Counted from the first letter of the stretch, positions 39,916 through 53,921 are shown. The stretch is 64,000 nucleotides of DNA from Leucoraja erinacea (GCF_028641065.1 NC_073393.1:9982001-10046000), one strand, 5' to 3'. A program made the numbers and translations. Notes: generated by a model not told the origin, from the sequence alone.

Positions 39916-39982
39916 GATGCAAAGGATGGTCGAATTTTTAATGAACAAAATTTTCTTCAGCGTGCTGCAAAACAAAATAAAG
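39916..39982 (+). CDS. VRK3: VRK3 exon (DAKDGRIFNEQNFLQRAAKQNK)
   Basis: 67 nt, near identical to the recalled human segment. Confidence 0.93.
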
Positions 39983-40181
39983 GTAAACAGTGTATACTAG
40001 GGTGTCAATAAAACAACACTAGTTTGTTTGTGATATAATCAGTAGTTAATTGTGTGAAGGTTTGAATAAGAACAAAATGATAAAAGGCTCATCATTGCCC
40101 ACCAATTATTTAAGCTATGTTAAACTAACTTCTTTGTGAACTCTGCAGTTTATTAATCTCTGAGATGATCCCTGAGTTCCC

Positions 40182-40213
<32 letters not shown>
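40182..40213. repeat. (TTA)n microsatellite
   Basis: Direct reading. Confidence 0.9.
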
Positions 40214-40215
<2 letters not shown>

Positions 40216-40674
40216 GCAAAACTTTAATGGCGTTACCCATCATATTTTGCCACCTTGGCCATCTAAAAACCACCTTGCTTTGCTGTTGATGAACTGGGTG
40301 ATCATATTATTAACACTATGTATTTTTCATTTTCATTCTCATTTACCCAAACCAGATTACTAGCTAGGAATCTGATTTTTCATCCAATACACAAGGAACT
40401 TAAGACAATTTAATTTAGAGATTCAATCATTTTGATTCTGAGCGATATGGTACTTAAGTGCTCCGTTAACTCATTTTAATGTCCTGTCAAAAACAAGATG
40501 GATCAATTTATTTTGGTCTTAGTTAGTTACTTTAAAAAATAATTCCTGCCTTTATTGAGTTCGTCAACAACTGGTTTGAACAATTCTCTGCTAATTTATT
40601 ACATTTATGAAAAACATTTTTTTTAAACCCTTCACTTTGGACATTATTATTTATGTATGTTTTTGTTTTGGCAG

Positions 40675-40759
40675 TTGACAAATGGATGAAGTCCCGTATG
40701 ATGACCTTTTTGGGAATTCCTTCATGTGTTGGCTTTGGATTACATGAAAATACTTACAG
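40675..40759 (+). CDS. VRK3: VRK3 exon (VDKWMK...GIPSCVGFGLHENTYR)
   Basis: 85 nt, cag/gtagg. Confidence 0.92.
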
Positions 40760-40939
40760 GTAGGTATAGTTGGAAATGTCTCTTTTTAATGTTATCTCAA
40801 AACATGAGTATAACACAAACAACCCTTAAATAGGGATCTAATAGCTGTAAAGATTCTGATTATTAGCATTTAATTTTTATTAACCTTGTTTGTTTTCACA
40901 ATTGTGAAGTACTTGAGACCTATAAAACTTTAGTTAGTT

Positions 40940-41450
40940 TGCATTTGGAATATTGATTGAGTCCTGGACGCTCCATTACAGGAAGGTGGTGGATACTTTG
41001 GAGAGGGTGCGGAAGAACATGAATGGGATACTACCAGGATTAGAGTATATAAGTTATAAAAAGAGGTTGGACAAACTAGATAGTTTTCTACAAAGCGTCG
41101 GACACTAAGGAGAGACCTAACAGATGTTCAGAAAATTATGGGAGTTGGATACAATGGACAATTGGTGCTTTTTTTTGCAGGTTGTTACACTCAAGCACTA
41201 TAGGGCATAGTTTTAAGATGTGAGAAGGAAAATTTAAATGTGGGGCAAGAAATTTTATTAGAGTGGTAGGTGCCTGGAACATACTGTCAGGGGAGGTGGT
41301 GGAACCAGATACAATAATGATCTTTAAGGGGCTTTTGGAGAAGCAAATGAATATGGATAATGTGCAGGCAAAGGGATTCTTTTATTTTGGCATCATCTTC
41401 GGCACAAGCGTGATGGGCTGAAGGGTCTTCTGTTCCTGTCCTGTTCATCT
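40940..41450 (+). mobile_element. Old CR1 3' fragment
   Basis: Degenerate homology to the other CR1 tails. Confidence 0.65.
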
Positions 41451-44040
41451 TGTGTACAATGTTCTGTTCCTGTCCTGTTTATTTTGTCTACTTCTCCCTC
41501 ATCCTTTAATATTTCTCGTGTCTGCTCCTGCGACGTTGACACCTCTTACTTCAGTCATAAGACCCTCTCTGATCACTTTATTTTATTGCTTTCTATCCAA
41601 GTTCCTTACCTCCTTCCAATCTGTCAACCCCTGGATAATGCACTCATAAATCACTTGTCCCATATTCAGAATCTCAACTATTTAATCTTAAGTCTTCAAT
41701 TTGCAAAAATGTTTCATGCCATTCTTGTCCTATGTTATCTGCGGGGCCCCGTGTTTTTGTCCCTGTCCCTGGGATAGTAGGGGGCGATTCAAACAGCCCA
41801 GTACTTTTCTGCACCATATCCGGTCATCTCTCTTAAAGTGGCTGTCCTCCCTGTAGCCTCGATACTCATCAATATTAAAAGTGACCTTCCACACTATATC
41901 TTTGACATCACTGCGTGCATTGGAGCCTATATAGCTGGGCTAAGTTGCTGTTTCCCTCCGATCCATTGCAGTGGGCCTGGATCAAACCTGTGGAGCTTTG
42001 CCTCTTTCTGCTACTTGTCTCCCAGGCCCTTCTGGCCTTATCTTCTTATTCCCTTGACCCTCTTCTTGCTGGATTTTCCTCGCTTGGTTTCTGTCGTAAT
42101 TAGTGTGGACACTCTTCAGTCCTGTTTCTTTTTCTTCAAACATTGTCATCATTCCTTCACCAAAAAAATCAAGCCTTATTCCCACCAGTTAGACGTCATA
42201 TTATGCCTTTTGTTGCCAATTTACCCAAGTATTCAATGCACTCCTAATTGGTCTACATCCTCGACACACTATAAATGGAGTCATCCAAATTCCACCAAAT
42301 CCCTTACATCCTTTACTTTGCTGGCCAATATTGGCTTGCTGTTAGCCAGCATTTCACACCCTTTTTTACACATCTCTTCATTGACTACCCCCCACCCCCC
42401 ATTTAATTTCCTAGATCCCCGTAGTCCTCAAATGTTTACCCTTTTCCAATTTCCACAAATGTTGTAACTTTACCTTTGACTCTGCTTTCAGGTCATATGA
42501 GACTTCTTTGGAAATGTTATTAAATTCATTACATCCATACATTAAAAGGATTTTAGGATGCAATTGGAAGTACTATCTATGCATAAAAAAAACAACCCAC
42601 TATATGTCAGCATGAGTACATATAAGCAAAGTCACTACTAAATCTTAGTATATGTGGTGTAATTTTGCTGTGATATCAAATGTGTTGTGTTTTGTGTATT
42701 TTGTGTTTTTATGACTGTTGGCAAATCAATTTCCCTCCTGGGATAAATAAAGTTCTCTCGTAACGTAAATCACATTTGAAAGCACTGACATTCATTGAAC
42801 TTCTTGGGTATCTATTGCAGATTAATTTTTAATTGTATAGCTGGTGCACTTCGTCAGTGCTCACAAAATGTTCAAAAATAGCTAGGTGTTCTCTGCTCGT
42901 AGTTCATTTTTCAGCTACCAGTCTCATTTGTGGCATTAAAAAAATTAATTCAGCCAGTTTCCAAGTAAAATTAATGATGAATTATCAGATCTCAGTTAAA
43001 GCGATGGTTGTGGGTAATGCATTTGTTTTTTTGTTCCTGGGCAAAGTATGGGGACAGTCAAAGGAAATAATGAGGGTATCTTGATGGCTACTAAAAGATA
43101 AATCATCCAGATATTCTCATCAAATTTAGAGTTTTCTCTTCCCTGGCTGGATAACACGGTGTTAAAACTTAACTATGACTTGGCTGAAGTGCTAATGATA
43201 CTGTGTGCTTCCTGTGGATGTTAATTCTAATGTTTGTTTCTTTAATCATTGAATTAAAATGAAGACATTTTGTATTTGGATATTCCCCTGCTATTTTTGT
43301 TTTCTCTCCCCACCTGTAGTGTGCACTATTCTAACCAAGTTCTTGTAAGATTTCACTAAATCTCCTCCAGAGGCGCACAATTCGTTCATCTTTTTGGGAT
43401 GTTTGCAACCCCTCACTTCGCGCCATCATTATAGATTTATAGATGTTTCTATCTCAACACTGCCATGAATTAACTATCGTCTCTGGTGTAGAAGGGAAAT
43501 CCCAAAATATTTCACAGAAGCTTAATCAATTTAGTAGTTGCTGAGGCAAAGAAGGGATTATGGAAAGACATAGACCAAATCTTGGCCCAAGAGGGAGGTT
43601 TTAAGGAAGTTCAGTGAATTTCTAAAGAACAATGCGTTGGCTGATATTAACAAGCTCATCTTGCAGCCCATTCTTTTGCCAGGACAAATGCCCTTGAAGT
43701 GCAGTGAGTGAGACTCAAATAGGCAATATAAGAGGGTATGTGTGGTGTGCTAAAAATATGTTTATTTGTTATTAAATCGCCTGTTTTACCTGGGTACTAT
43801 CACCATACATCATTAAGGAACCCAAAAGTTGATTTAAACCTGTAGAAATCGTCATTTTGATGAAAAAGCACATTGATATCCAAACATGTATCCTTTCACT
43901 GAAATTTCTGCAGCACATAATGGTCTAATATATTTTATGATGTTTTACTAGTTTTGTACAATATTTTCAACAATGTATATTTTACTGTTTTATTAAATGT
44001 TATTTGGAGTTTAATAAAAATTGTTTGACCTTTTTTCTAG

Positions 44041-44143
44041 GTTTCTAGTATTTCCAAACTTGGGTCACAGTTTACAATCAATTATTGAAAAAAATAAGAT
44101 GCCATTATCTGAAAAAGCAGTATTCCAGCTATCTTATAAAATT
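44041..44143 (+). CDS. VRK3: VRK3 exon (FLVFPNLGHSLQSII...LSEKAVFQLSYKI)
   Basis: 103 nt, tag/gtgagt. Confidence 0.92.
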
Positions 44144-44225
44144 GTGAGTGTTCTTAAAAGCATGTGTTTCTATTTTACATTTGGTGTTATAATTTCTAAC
44201 TAATATATTCCCCGTCTTCAATCAG

Positions 44226-44318
44226 ATTGATGTACTTGAATACATTCATGCGAATGAATATGTACACGCAGACATCAAGGCAGAAAATATTTATGTGAAC
44301 CCAAAAGAACTGGAACAG
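44226..44318 (+). CDS. VRK3: VRK3 catalytic-loop exon (IDVLEYIHANEYVHADIKAENIYVNPKELEQ)
   Basis: 93 nt, cag/gtagg. Confidence 0.94.
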
Positions 44319-45506
44319 GTAGGTAACATTACACCATGCAGATTGGTCGAACTTAAAAGGCAAGTTAATACTGGCTTTCATGCTGGTCCTATTTGGATCA
44401 GTGGTGCTTTAACATTGAACATTGAGCCATATAAGGAACAAAAGCTTTAAGGTTCAATCTTAAGGCTGTTTGTTGCAGCCACTGCAGTTTGTATCAGATT
44501 GGAAAAATGTTATCCTTTATTGAGTACTTTGGATAGACTTCAACTTTCATCTAAAATTTACTGGAATTGTATCCTCAACTAGTCACGCTGCTAAGGCCAT
44601 CATGAGAAATGGCTACTTTAAGAGGAAATTGTAGTGCAATTTGGTTCCATAATAATGATAATCTATATTAACCATTTTACTCATAAACTGCAGGACTTTA
44701 AACACCAAATTGAAGAGGTATCAGACAACCAAGTATGGTTGTTCCAAAACAGATGGAATATCATTTAGTGCCCCAACCCATAACATTGAGCACTAAGCGA
44801 TAAAAAATATGTGTTTTTGATCAATCAACGGAACAACTGCCTTTAACAAAATTAACAGAGCAAGATTTCACATAGGAACATTCTTTCTCCTTTCTCATTA
44901 GTACGCAAACTGATATTTAGTATTTTAACATGTTCTGGAAACAAAAACGTGCACAATTTCCTGGAAAATGATCTATTCATAGGATATTTGGAACTGGGAG
45001 GTGCCATGTATTAACAATAACATTGATTCATTCCTACCAATTAACTATAACAAATGAAAATGGGAATTGCCATTTATTTATAGAACACATTATTCGGGGA
45101 AATTGTCAATTTTCTGATTATGGTCGAGTCATAAAGATTCCAACATCAATACTAATTTGATGGAACTAATATCCAGAATATACTAAAAATATAATTTGTG
45201 GACTGGTAATATCGGGATGGGGGTTATGAAGAGATGGAGAGAAAATGACAACAGGCAAGAAATAAATGGTAAAAAATATTGTGTGAATCTTTTTAAACAA
45301 TATTAAGAATATTTTGTTGACCTTAATTATTACAGAATTTATATAATCCCTTTCACACTGGTAAAGCAAGGCGTGTATGATGTTCTTTTGTATATATTTT
45401 ATTCAATTGTCAATCATATGCTTTATTTGATAATTACTTTAAGCAACATTTTGATTGTAACAAGTGGATCCATTATAGCACAAATGATTATGAATTTTCA
45501 TTTCAG

Positions 45507-45639
45507 GTGCACCTAGCAGGCTACTCCTTTGCATTCAGGTACTGCCCTGATGGTAAACATGTTGAATATAAAGAAGGGAGCAGAACACCACATGAGGGCA
45601 CCGTGGAGCTGATCAGTGTGGATGTGCACAAAGGAGCTG
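45507..45639 (+). CDS. VRK3: VRK3 exon (VHLAGYSFAFRYCPDGKH...HEGTVELISVDVHKG)
   Basis: 133 nt, cag/gtgag. Confidence 0.94.
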
Positions 45640-45943
45640 GTGAGCCGCTGTGTTGTGAGCCATTGGTTTTTTGTCCTGTCCAATTTCCAAATCCTTAACT
45701 ATCACACAAATATATTCCAGAAATGGTCACAATTCCTGAAAGTTGCGCTTACTATTTTGATTTAAGTGTAGATAAAACTTGCTTGATTTGTTCACTGTAA
45801 GAAAACAGCAGCAAAAGTAGTCATTGTGCTCCTTTGTTGTTCTTTTGCTTGCTGTCCCACATTAAAGTGTCCATTTTCTTTTATTTCTTGGATTTTATTC
45901 TATCAATTATAATTGGTTTGGCAGCTTGTTCCATACATCCACC

Positions 45944-46259
45944 CAGGGGGCGGAAAACCAGGGGGGGGCCTGAGGGGACACGTTCCCCCCCATATGTTTT
46001 GAGAGATGGGCGACATCCCCGCCAGGTTAACCTGCCTGGGCTTGCGGGAAATATGGCCAGCGTGGAGAAGCAGCGCTGGTATCCCGACAGTCCAGACAGG
46101 GCTGTTGGTTAACCCGGTGAGACAGGCAGTTGAGCTGCATTTAGCGCTGGATTGAGCCTCCGAAGCCTCGCGCGCGCGTGTGAGTGCGCATGCGCGAGCG
46201 GCCGCCAAAAAATTGTGTCCCCCGTCTCATCCATGTTTTGATAGTGAGTTCCGTTCTTG
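45944..46259. mobile_element. hAT-type MITE inserted in a CR1 remnant
   Basis: 8-bp TSD CATCCACC at 45936 and 46260; imperfect TIR CAGGGGGCGGAA / TTCCGTTCTTG. Confidence 0.7.
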
Positions 46260-46423
46260 CATCCACCATCCTTTGTGTGGAAAAAGTACCCCTCAGATTC
46301 CTCTTAAATATTTTCCCCTTCACCTTGCACCTTTGTCCTCTGGTCCACGATTCCCCTTACTCTGGACAAGAGACTCTGTGCATCTACCCAATCTATTCCT
46401 CTCACGATTTTGTACATCTCTAA

Positions 46424-46476
<53 letters not shown>
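46424..46476. repeat. Poly-C tract
   Basis: Direct reading; length may be an assembly artefact. Confidence 0.85.
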
Positions 46477-46479
<3 letters not shown>

Positions 46480-46869
46480 TTCCTGCTCTCCAGCTTTAAC
46501 TGTGATATATTTTACTCTAATAGACGTTGAAGTTTGCCCAACCACAGGATGAACAGAAACTTTGTTTTGTTACTAATCTTTTCTGTATAAAAACACACAC
46601 ATCTCGAAAGAAATTCTCAGATGGCTATATACATAATGTCAAAAAATGAGAATGTTCCAGTAATTTGAGATCATATTTGAAGAATCCTCACCACACTACG
46701 CAGCATATACCAAGGTATTAACACATCTTTGGGTTCAAATGGTAACATGTCATTACAGATTTGAGGGATGGAGGTGATTCCATTGGTAGTTTGGTAAAAT
46801 AGAATGTTTTCATTAACTTTAATTTTAGAATTAACAAAGAAATTAAACAGATCCACTTGTGCATTGTAG

Positions 46870-46990
46870 GGCCTTCCAGACGCAGCGATCTTGAAAACCT
46901 GGGTTATTGTATACTGAAGGCGTTGTGTGGTTCCTTGCCTTGGTCGAAAAACATTGACTCTCCTCATTCTGTCATGGAAACAAAACAAAA
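46870..46990 (+). CDS. VRK3: VRK3 exon (PSRRSDLENLGYCILKALCGSLPW...)
   Basis: 121 nt, tag/gtaagt. Confidence 0.93.
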
Positions 46991-47657
46991 GTAAGTGTTT
47001 TGACATAGTGAAACTTGCATAAATACATACAATTTAAGACTACTTTAAAAGTGAATTTAAACATTAAAAAAAAACAATTTTAAATAATTGCATTTAGGAA
47101 AGGACTACGATTATGTTTTACAGATTTGGATTGCACGCCAAAACACATTCTTGATTAGTCCCAAAATATTGAATGGTTTATTCATTAAATCCTTTTGAAA
47201 CCTTGATTTTTCGACACCTCAAGGTCACTGAACTCTCTGGGCAGTTTATAGAATAGACAAAGCTGGACATACCTTAATTTCGTCACCATCAGAAGTGACA
47301 GTGTAATATTGCATAATTATGAAGGCTTTGAATGTTTATGGAAAAATCTGCTTAAAGTGAAATAACATGTGACACTTGAAAAATTAGGTTACAAATATTC
47401 ATGTTTTGATATTTGTCAGAAGGGATGTGCTATTTCAGGACTTCAATCTATCATTTTAAGGCTGCAGAGTATAATTAACTTTTAAATAAATAACTGACGA
47501 GAAGGTTAATTGTGGTTCAGAATTATGATATTTATGCTAACAAATATGAATTCATTTTTGAATTTTTTTTCCCCCATTGATCCAATATATGTGACAAATG
47601 TTTTCAAACATTGTGATTTTATAAACTGACTTGATTATTTATTATATTTTTAACCAG

Positions 47658-47716
47658 ATACAAGGCTGACATAACAAGTCTCCTAAAGACTTGTTTTGGG
47701 AAAAAGAAAATACCAA
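47658..47716 (+). CDS. VRK3: VRK3 exon (YKADITSLLKTCFGKKKIP)
   Basis: 59 nt, phase 2 to 1, cag/gtaag. Confidence 0.85.
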
Positions 47717-48727
47717 GTAAGATGAGCTCAAGAAATCTTTGAATGCAAACAACATTTTCTGCTTATGTCCTTATCAATCAGCTGTTTCCCTGCCAAGTAA
47801 CACTAACAAGAATGCGAGAAGAGTGAAATTGTGGTTAGATAGAATTTTAAGTGGTCTTTGGGCACCTTGGACTTGAAATTTGTACAACAATTTGGAGAAA
47901 GATTTGTGCAGGATTCATTTATCCAAGTGTCAATGTTCCTTTGGCTCATAGATAATTCCAATTATGTTTTTCAAAATAATACCTAATAAAACTACAGCAG
48001 CGATGTGGCTATTAAGCAATAATCTGTTCCAACATCAACAGCCCCAACCTAGTCTTGTGTCACATTGTTATGGAATTTGCAAAGAGTGGCAAAAATTATA
48101 AGGAAAAAAAACATGAAACTGGAGGAGATGTGATATGTTCCCTCATACTTACTCCATTTGTCAATAAGATCATGGTTAATTTGACATTGGCCTCCGCATA
48201 GCTTTCCTGCATCTCCCCATTTTGCTGACTCTTTTGTGGACCAAATTTCAGTGCCTCGTGGACTTGAATACGTTAGATTATTGAATGTCAGTGCTACAAT
48301 TTATATTTGCGTTAATTTAGCTTAATTGATCGCTTCGCGCCAATTTACTCAAATAAATAAATCATTGGTCACATTGTTAGGAATTTATTTCAAACATTCA
48401 TTTACCTTTTTATTCTGACATTCACTCTAATTTCAATTATTTCACTAATTAATTGATTTCATTAATGTACAATAGTTCTTTCCCCCCCCCCCAAGATTTT
48501 GTTCTTTAATCTCCCATTCATTTACAATTCTTTGTTTTTACTTAAATTTTTTAAAGCAAAAAGTAATTTTATAATGCCTTAAATATGATGGAACGTTTTC
48601 AAGCTTGAATGGAAGTGAAATATTGATAGTATTCATAGTGAAATGTGCTTCTGGATAAATATTGATGTGCATTTTTTCAGTCTCTTTGCTCAAGCTATTT
48701 ATTTAAGAGGTTGTTATTAATTAACAG

Positions 48728-48873
48728 ACGAACTGAGGAAATACTTCGAACATGTGGTGTCACTGCAGTATGACGAAGAGCCAGATTATGATGAAATACG
48801 AAAACAACTAAATGATGGTCTCCAAAGGCTGGGAGTGTCACTAAATGCCCCTTTGGACCTTACAATAACCACT
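48728..48873 (+). CDS. VRK3: VRK3 exon (ELRKYFEHVVSLQYDEEPDY...PLDLTITT)
   Basis: 146 nt, cag/gtaagt, LxYxExPxY motif. Confidence 0.9.
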
Positions 48874-49621
48874 GTAAGTAAATACCTTTACATAGATCTT
48901 TGGATGAGGACTGCATCGGGCTTGTTGATGATTGTCCTCTGAATCAGATTTCTGACACTTCTGGCACTGGCCTTGGTTGAGACCCTGTCTACATAAAAGT
49001 GAGATAAAGGAAGAATGTTGAGGACGTGTGAAATCAATTCTAGTGTTGACATTAATTATGAACACTTCTATTGTCTTTCCTTTGCACCATTTTATTTACC
49101 CCCTGCATTTCAATTCCCAGAGGGAACTGCAGTATCTTTGATGATTGCTGACCATGTCTCTTGACTTTTTTTTTGATTAAATGAGAATTAACAAAGCAAA
49201 AAAAAAATAAAAGGAAAAGGTGTAAATTAAAAATTTTTAATCCGGCCAACAAACTAACAGTTCGTTTATCACGGAACATAAAGGTATGGCACAGGTGCAG
49301 ACCCTTTGTTTCAAAATGTTGGTGCCAAATCAAGGAGTGAAATATTTAGAACACTGTTCAACAAGAGTAGTTGCTGCCATGTTGGTTATTGCAAATCCAA
49401 GAGTAGATTATGGGCACGATGGGCATGAAGAAGCAAAACCAAGTGAAAATGGAGTTATAGATCGCCTCTAATTCTTTTGAATGACAAAACAGCTCATGGA
49501 ACGAACTGGTGTATTTCTGTTCCTTCTAAGTAAAAATATTTGTGAAGTAGTGATCTACTGTGGTGTGCAATAGTAATAATATTGTTATTTATCTTCCCCT
49601 CCCCCCCCCCCCCCCCCACAG

Positions 49622-49627
49622 ATTTGA
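49622..49627 (+). CDS. VRK3: VRK3 probable last coding exon (Ile-stop) followed by 3' UTR
   Basis: Long C tract plus cag|ATT TGA; AATAAA at 49800 and 49970. Confidence 0.6.
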   Translation: M

Positions 49628-49799
49628 AAATTACAATAATCAACTGAAGCCAGCATATTGTTTTGAGATAATTGTCAAGGTATGAGTTTTCCTAGGTGCT
49701 TTGAACTATTTTGTTTTTAAATCATGCTTTTTACAACCTTTGGGCAGGATTACACTGGGTATGCTTGTGTGTTTTCAAGATTTCAGTATAGTGTTTTTA

Positions 49800-49805
49800 A
49801 ATAAA
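49800..49805 (+). terminator. Candidate VRK3 polyadenylation signal (alternative at 49970)
   Basis: AATAAA downstream of the stop, with T/GT-rich sequence following. Confidence 0.4.
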
Positions 49806-52800
49806 ATTGAACGTCATTTCTGAGAAGGGATTTTTGTAGCTGTATTTTTAATGTTTTTTACCAGTGATGTGTTTTTCTCCATTTGGCTCATTGCACTCTC
49901 ACCATTGGGTAATGGTCTTCCTTCCCACCGTTATTTCTCACAGCCATGTCTGTAATCCATTTGTCCAACAATAAACAATTTGAAAAATAAGCAATATTTG
50001 TTCTCTTATATGAACTAAATTTGTCTCTACAGCATCTTTTCTCTTGCACTGATGAATTACAACTTATTTTCATTGAAATGAGTTATAATGTAGGCAGCTG
50101 TCATTTGTCTGATAGATAATAGAATGGGAGTTTAAAGAAATGCCTCTTGTAATAAAAGATAAAGTACAGCCTATTCTAGATATCTGAAATAGAAGCTAAA
50201 AATGTGGAGGAAGTAGATGACGTTAATGGACTGGAATTCAATGCATCGTTGAGCCACTTCAGCCTGCCCAATGAACTTTTATATTATGGGAACTCCTTTG
50301 CAAAAGTTGTCTGGTGGGCAAAACTCTGTTTAAAAAAAACCTGCACAAAGATCAAGTCTCCAAAGTGGACATCGGGTACTGACAACTCTGGGAGAAGTAA
50401 TGACACTTCCATGGAGAAGCTCCATATAGAACTGCTTATTGAGGCAAACCTTTTCAAAGAGACACAAAGCTGGAGTAACTCAGCAGGGCATTCATCATCG
50501 CTGGAGAGAAGGAATGAGTGACGTTTCGGGTCAAGATCCTTCTTCAGGCTCATGTTTCCATGTCCCTTCATCAGATCAGTTCTCTGTGAAGAATTCTCAG
50601 ATACTTGTTCCCACTAAATGTCTGCACAGCAGTATTTAATTTCAGTCAACAATTTAGTTTTATCTATTGTGTATTTTACTTGTGAATTGCTGTGGATTGG
50701 CGTGATAATAAATTATGAACATTTCTTCCCTTGGTATTTGTGGGGCTAGTTTTCATGGTGCAACATCTTCGACTCAGAAATGTACTGCTGTGACTTGCAT
50801 TGAACAGTGCAGCACAGGAACAGGCCCTTTGGCCCACAATGTCTGGCAAACATGATGCCAAGTTAACCTAACCTCTGCTGAATGTGATCTATATTCCTCT
50901 ATTCCCTGCATATCCACATGCCCATCCAAAGGCTCTTAAATGCCAGTATCGTATCTGCCTCCACCACCATCCCTGGGAGTCATTTTCCACAAGAGACGAA
51001 GAGAAAAACTGCAGAGAAAGGGAAAAACATAAATTAAAAGTGATGTTCTACATTACGGATTAATCCTGAGGTATCAAAGCACTCTGTCAATTAGAGGCAT
51101 TTCATGCTTCATTGAATGCTTGGTCTGTTTTTGTTGTTCAAATGATTCCAAATGCTGAATTAGGAATTTCTGTTGAAAAGTAATGGAATACGATGGGTAT
51201 ATTACTGACCTTGAAAATGTTTGTACATTTAATCTATACATGGAATATCTCAGCAAAAACTGTGCCAACTGTAGCTTTTGTGTGGTGACTTGTTTAAAAA
51301 GTAATTGACATGCGATACATTTCCACTAAATTCATAAGCATGACAATTAATCAAGTTTAATGGAAAAATGTCTTAGAAACTGAACCCAAAATTCATAGGT
51401 CATGTGCAAATGTACAAGGACAACTAACACAGATGCATCCTGATAACACTAGAATACTTGCACTCAATAAACCAAGGGTTGTGCTCCTATATCCGTCTGA
51501 GCTGGAAGGAGCCAGGCCAAATGCCAAACTCCTACACTCATCTCACAATTTTTTTAATTTTTTTTTAATTAAAAAAAAATCGTATACTGAAGTGCCACGA
51601 GTAGACACTTACCCTGCTTTTTATAAACCACTTTGAAAGTAAATAATTGCCACATCTAAAAAGTTAACTTTTAAAGATAGTTTTTCAGCAAATGAATTGG
51701 CAATAGACAATGTTGATCTCCTCTCATTAAGCAGCTAGTTAGAAATTTGCTGTAGCATGAAAAATAATTTACATCTGGATGCCTTGACAACATATTGAAG
51801 CCACCTGTTGTTACTTTCTTCTAACTCGTTCATATGCTTCACTGACCATCTTAATTTCGATCTACTCCTTTGGCATAAAACTATTTAGTCTAGTCATCAA
51901 GAATTTTGTTGCTTGATATCTTGATTAAATTGGAGTGCTAAATAAATGAGGACCAAAGAAGGTAAATTTTCAGTCTTCTGAGTAAATTTACTGGCTTGGC
52001 ATTTTGCCCCCAAAATCTTTAAATGTTATCATTGGATGCTATTTGCATGTATTTTGAACAATTTCCCTTTCATAGCATACAGAGCTAAGCCACATACATT
52101 GTAATTATAAGGCAGGAACAGGGTACTGATTGTGGATGATCTGCCATGATCACATTGAATGGCGGTGCTGGCTTGAAGGGCTGAATGGCCTACTCCTGCA
52201 CCTATTGTCTAAATCAAAATATTCCATTCTCTGCTCCTGTTTAAGTGAAACTAAGTAAGTATCCCTGGTAAAAACTTTTATCATAACCATAATGCTATTT
52301 TCTCAAAAGTTATAATCAATTTTCAAGTATGAATGCTTCAAGCAATTATTGGTAGTGGAGATTGCAAGAAGTTTTTAAATGGCAGCATTTTGTTCAATTT
52401 TGTGCAAATGATTTTTAATCAACATTTTGCTGACAAATGAAATTGAGGTTTATCTGGAAGCCCGTTCACAGGTCACTTAACTAAGTGAAGCATCACAAGG
52501 TTACCAAGTTGCATATAAATAATGTTATAATAGAGGGTCGTGCAGTGGGGAAGGCAAATAAGCCTACCAATCCATAGTCTGCTTACAGTTTTTGTGTGGC
52601 AATGCAATCTACCACAAGCAAGGGTTTGATTAGTAAGGGTGTCGGGGGTTATGGGGAAAAAGGCAGGAGAATTGGGTTAAGAGGGAAAGATAGATCAACC
52701 ATGATTGAATGGCGGAGTATACTAAATAGGTCAGATAGACTATTTCTGCTCTTAGAACTTATGAACCACAAGTGACATCCATTGATCAGTTTAATGAAGG

Positions 52801-53496
52801 GTCTACACCCGAAACGTCACCCATTCTTTCTCTCCAGAGATGCTGCCTGTCCCGCTGAGTTACTCCAACTTTTTGTGTCTATTGAAGCAGTTCCCTACAT
52901 GGAAATTCCATGAACTTAGTATGTCATACTAGGGTGCAAAAAATTACATTTCGATCTTCCAAAGGTTAGCATGAATGACAATGTGGGAAAAATAATTAAT
53001 CTATGATGTCTTTTCAACCCCTCTTTCCAGTTGGCTTGATAGGCATTATCAGCAGAAACAATGTTCACACTCAAACACACGATCTGCAAGAGACCGAGAG
53101 ATTGAAAATAACGAGTGCTTTGGAGCATTTATTTTTTATTCCAAGTAGCAAGAATGTGAGCGATAAATGATCTGTCAACAAAATGGAACGACAATTTAAT
53201 ACATAGAACCTATGGTTCCTTATTACCAGACATTGATATGCAATTGTGATGATATTCAGCTCATCTGTCAATTAGATGTCTGTATGACCATTCACAAAGT
53301 CCTTTATCTTTGTATATAACATCCTCTCAAAGAGAAGTTTTTTGTCAATCCAATTGCTTTGAATAAAGTTTCACTAAATGTTAAAACATTAGTTCACTGC
53401 CAAACCTGTTTATTTTTGAATTACAACTTGACCATTTCCTGATGGATTGGAATCAGTGACCATTCTGTCAGTTAAAAGCAACTATATATTATAGTA

Positions 53497-53838
53497 GGGG
53501 AGGCTGTCCCAAGTGAACACCACCGGAAATTGGAGGAGCAGCACTCCATGGCCAGAGTGAGTACCACCGGAAATTGGAGGAGCAGCACCTCGTATTCCGC
53601 TTAGGCAGTTTGCACCCTAGCGGCATAAACATTGACTTCTCCAATTTCCAGTAGCCCTTGCTGTCTTCTCCCCTTCTCAGCCCTCGGGCTCCTACTCTTC
53701 CTTTCTCCTTTCTTCTCCCCGCCCCCCACCCCCACCCTACATCAGTCTGAAGAAGGGTTTTGGCCCGAAATGTTGCCTATTTCCTTCGCTCCATAGATGC
53801 TGCTGCACCCGCTGAGTTTCTCCAGCACTTTTGTCTAC
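53497..53838 (+). mobile_element. Short Penelope-like 3' fragment with 15-bp TSD
   Basis: Same tail as 60427-60806; CTATATATTATAGTA at 53482 and 53839. Confidence 0.85.
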
Positions 53839-53921
53839 CTATATATTATAGTATATCAACATGCTTGATTAAAACTGCAAATCAGAATAATCATCGTGGC
53901 ATTCCAGTCCTTCCAGAAATA

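Larger units (their letters stand above)
30831..49627 (+). other. VRK3: VRK3 (vaccinia-related kinase 3) gene, 13 coding exons, about 431 aa
   Basis: N-terminal zinc ribbon CPECG..FCPTCG, DAKDGRIFNEQNF, LAGYSFAFRYCP, HEG, PSRRSDL, LPW; all exon phases chain to 1296 nt including the stop. Confidence 0.95.

Noticed and set aside
41838-42467. 209-aa plus-strand ORF
   Set aside because: Non-ATG start, pyrimidine-rich, no domain, and not needed in the VRK3 exon chain; probably the antisense of an old LINE.
46180-46530. Poly-proline ORF
   Set aside because: Arises from a poly-C tract within MITE and CR1 remnants in a VRK3 intron.
48900-48960. Box C/D snoRNA-like TGATGA..CTGA in the last VRK3 intron
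   Set aside because: Spacing is too short, with no terminal stem or recognisable guide sequence.
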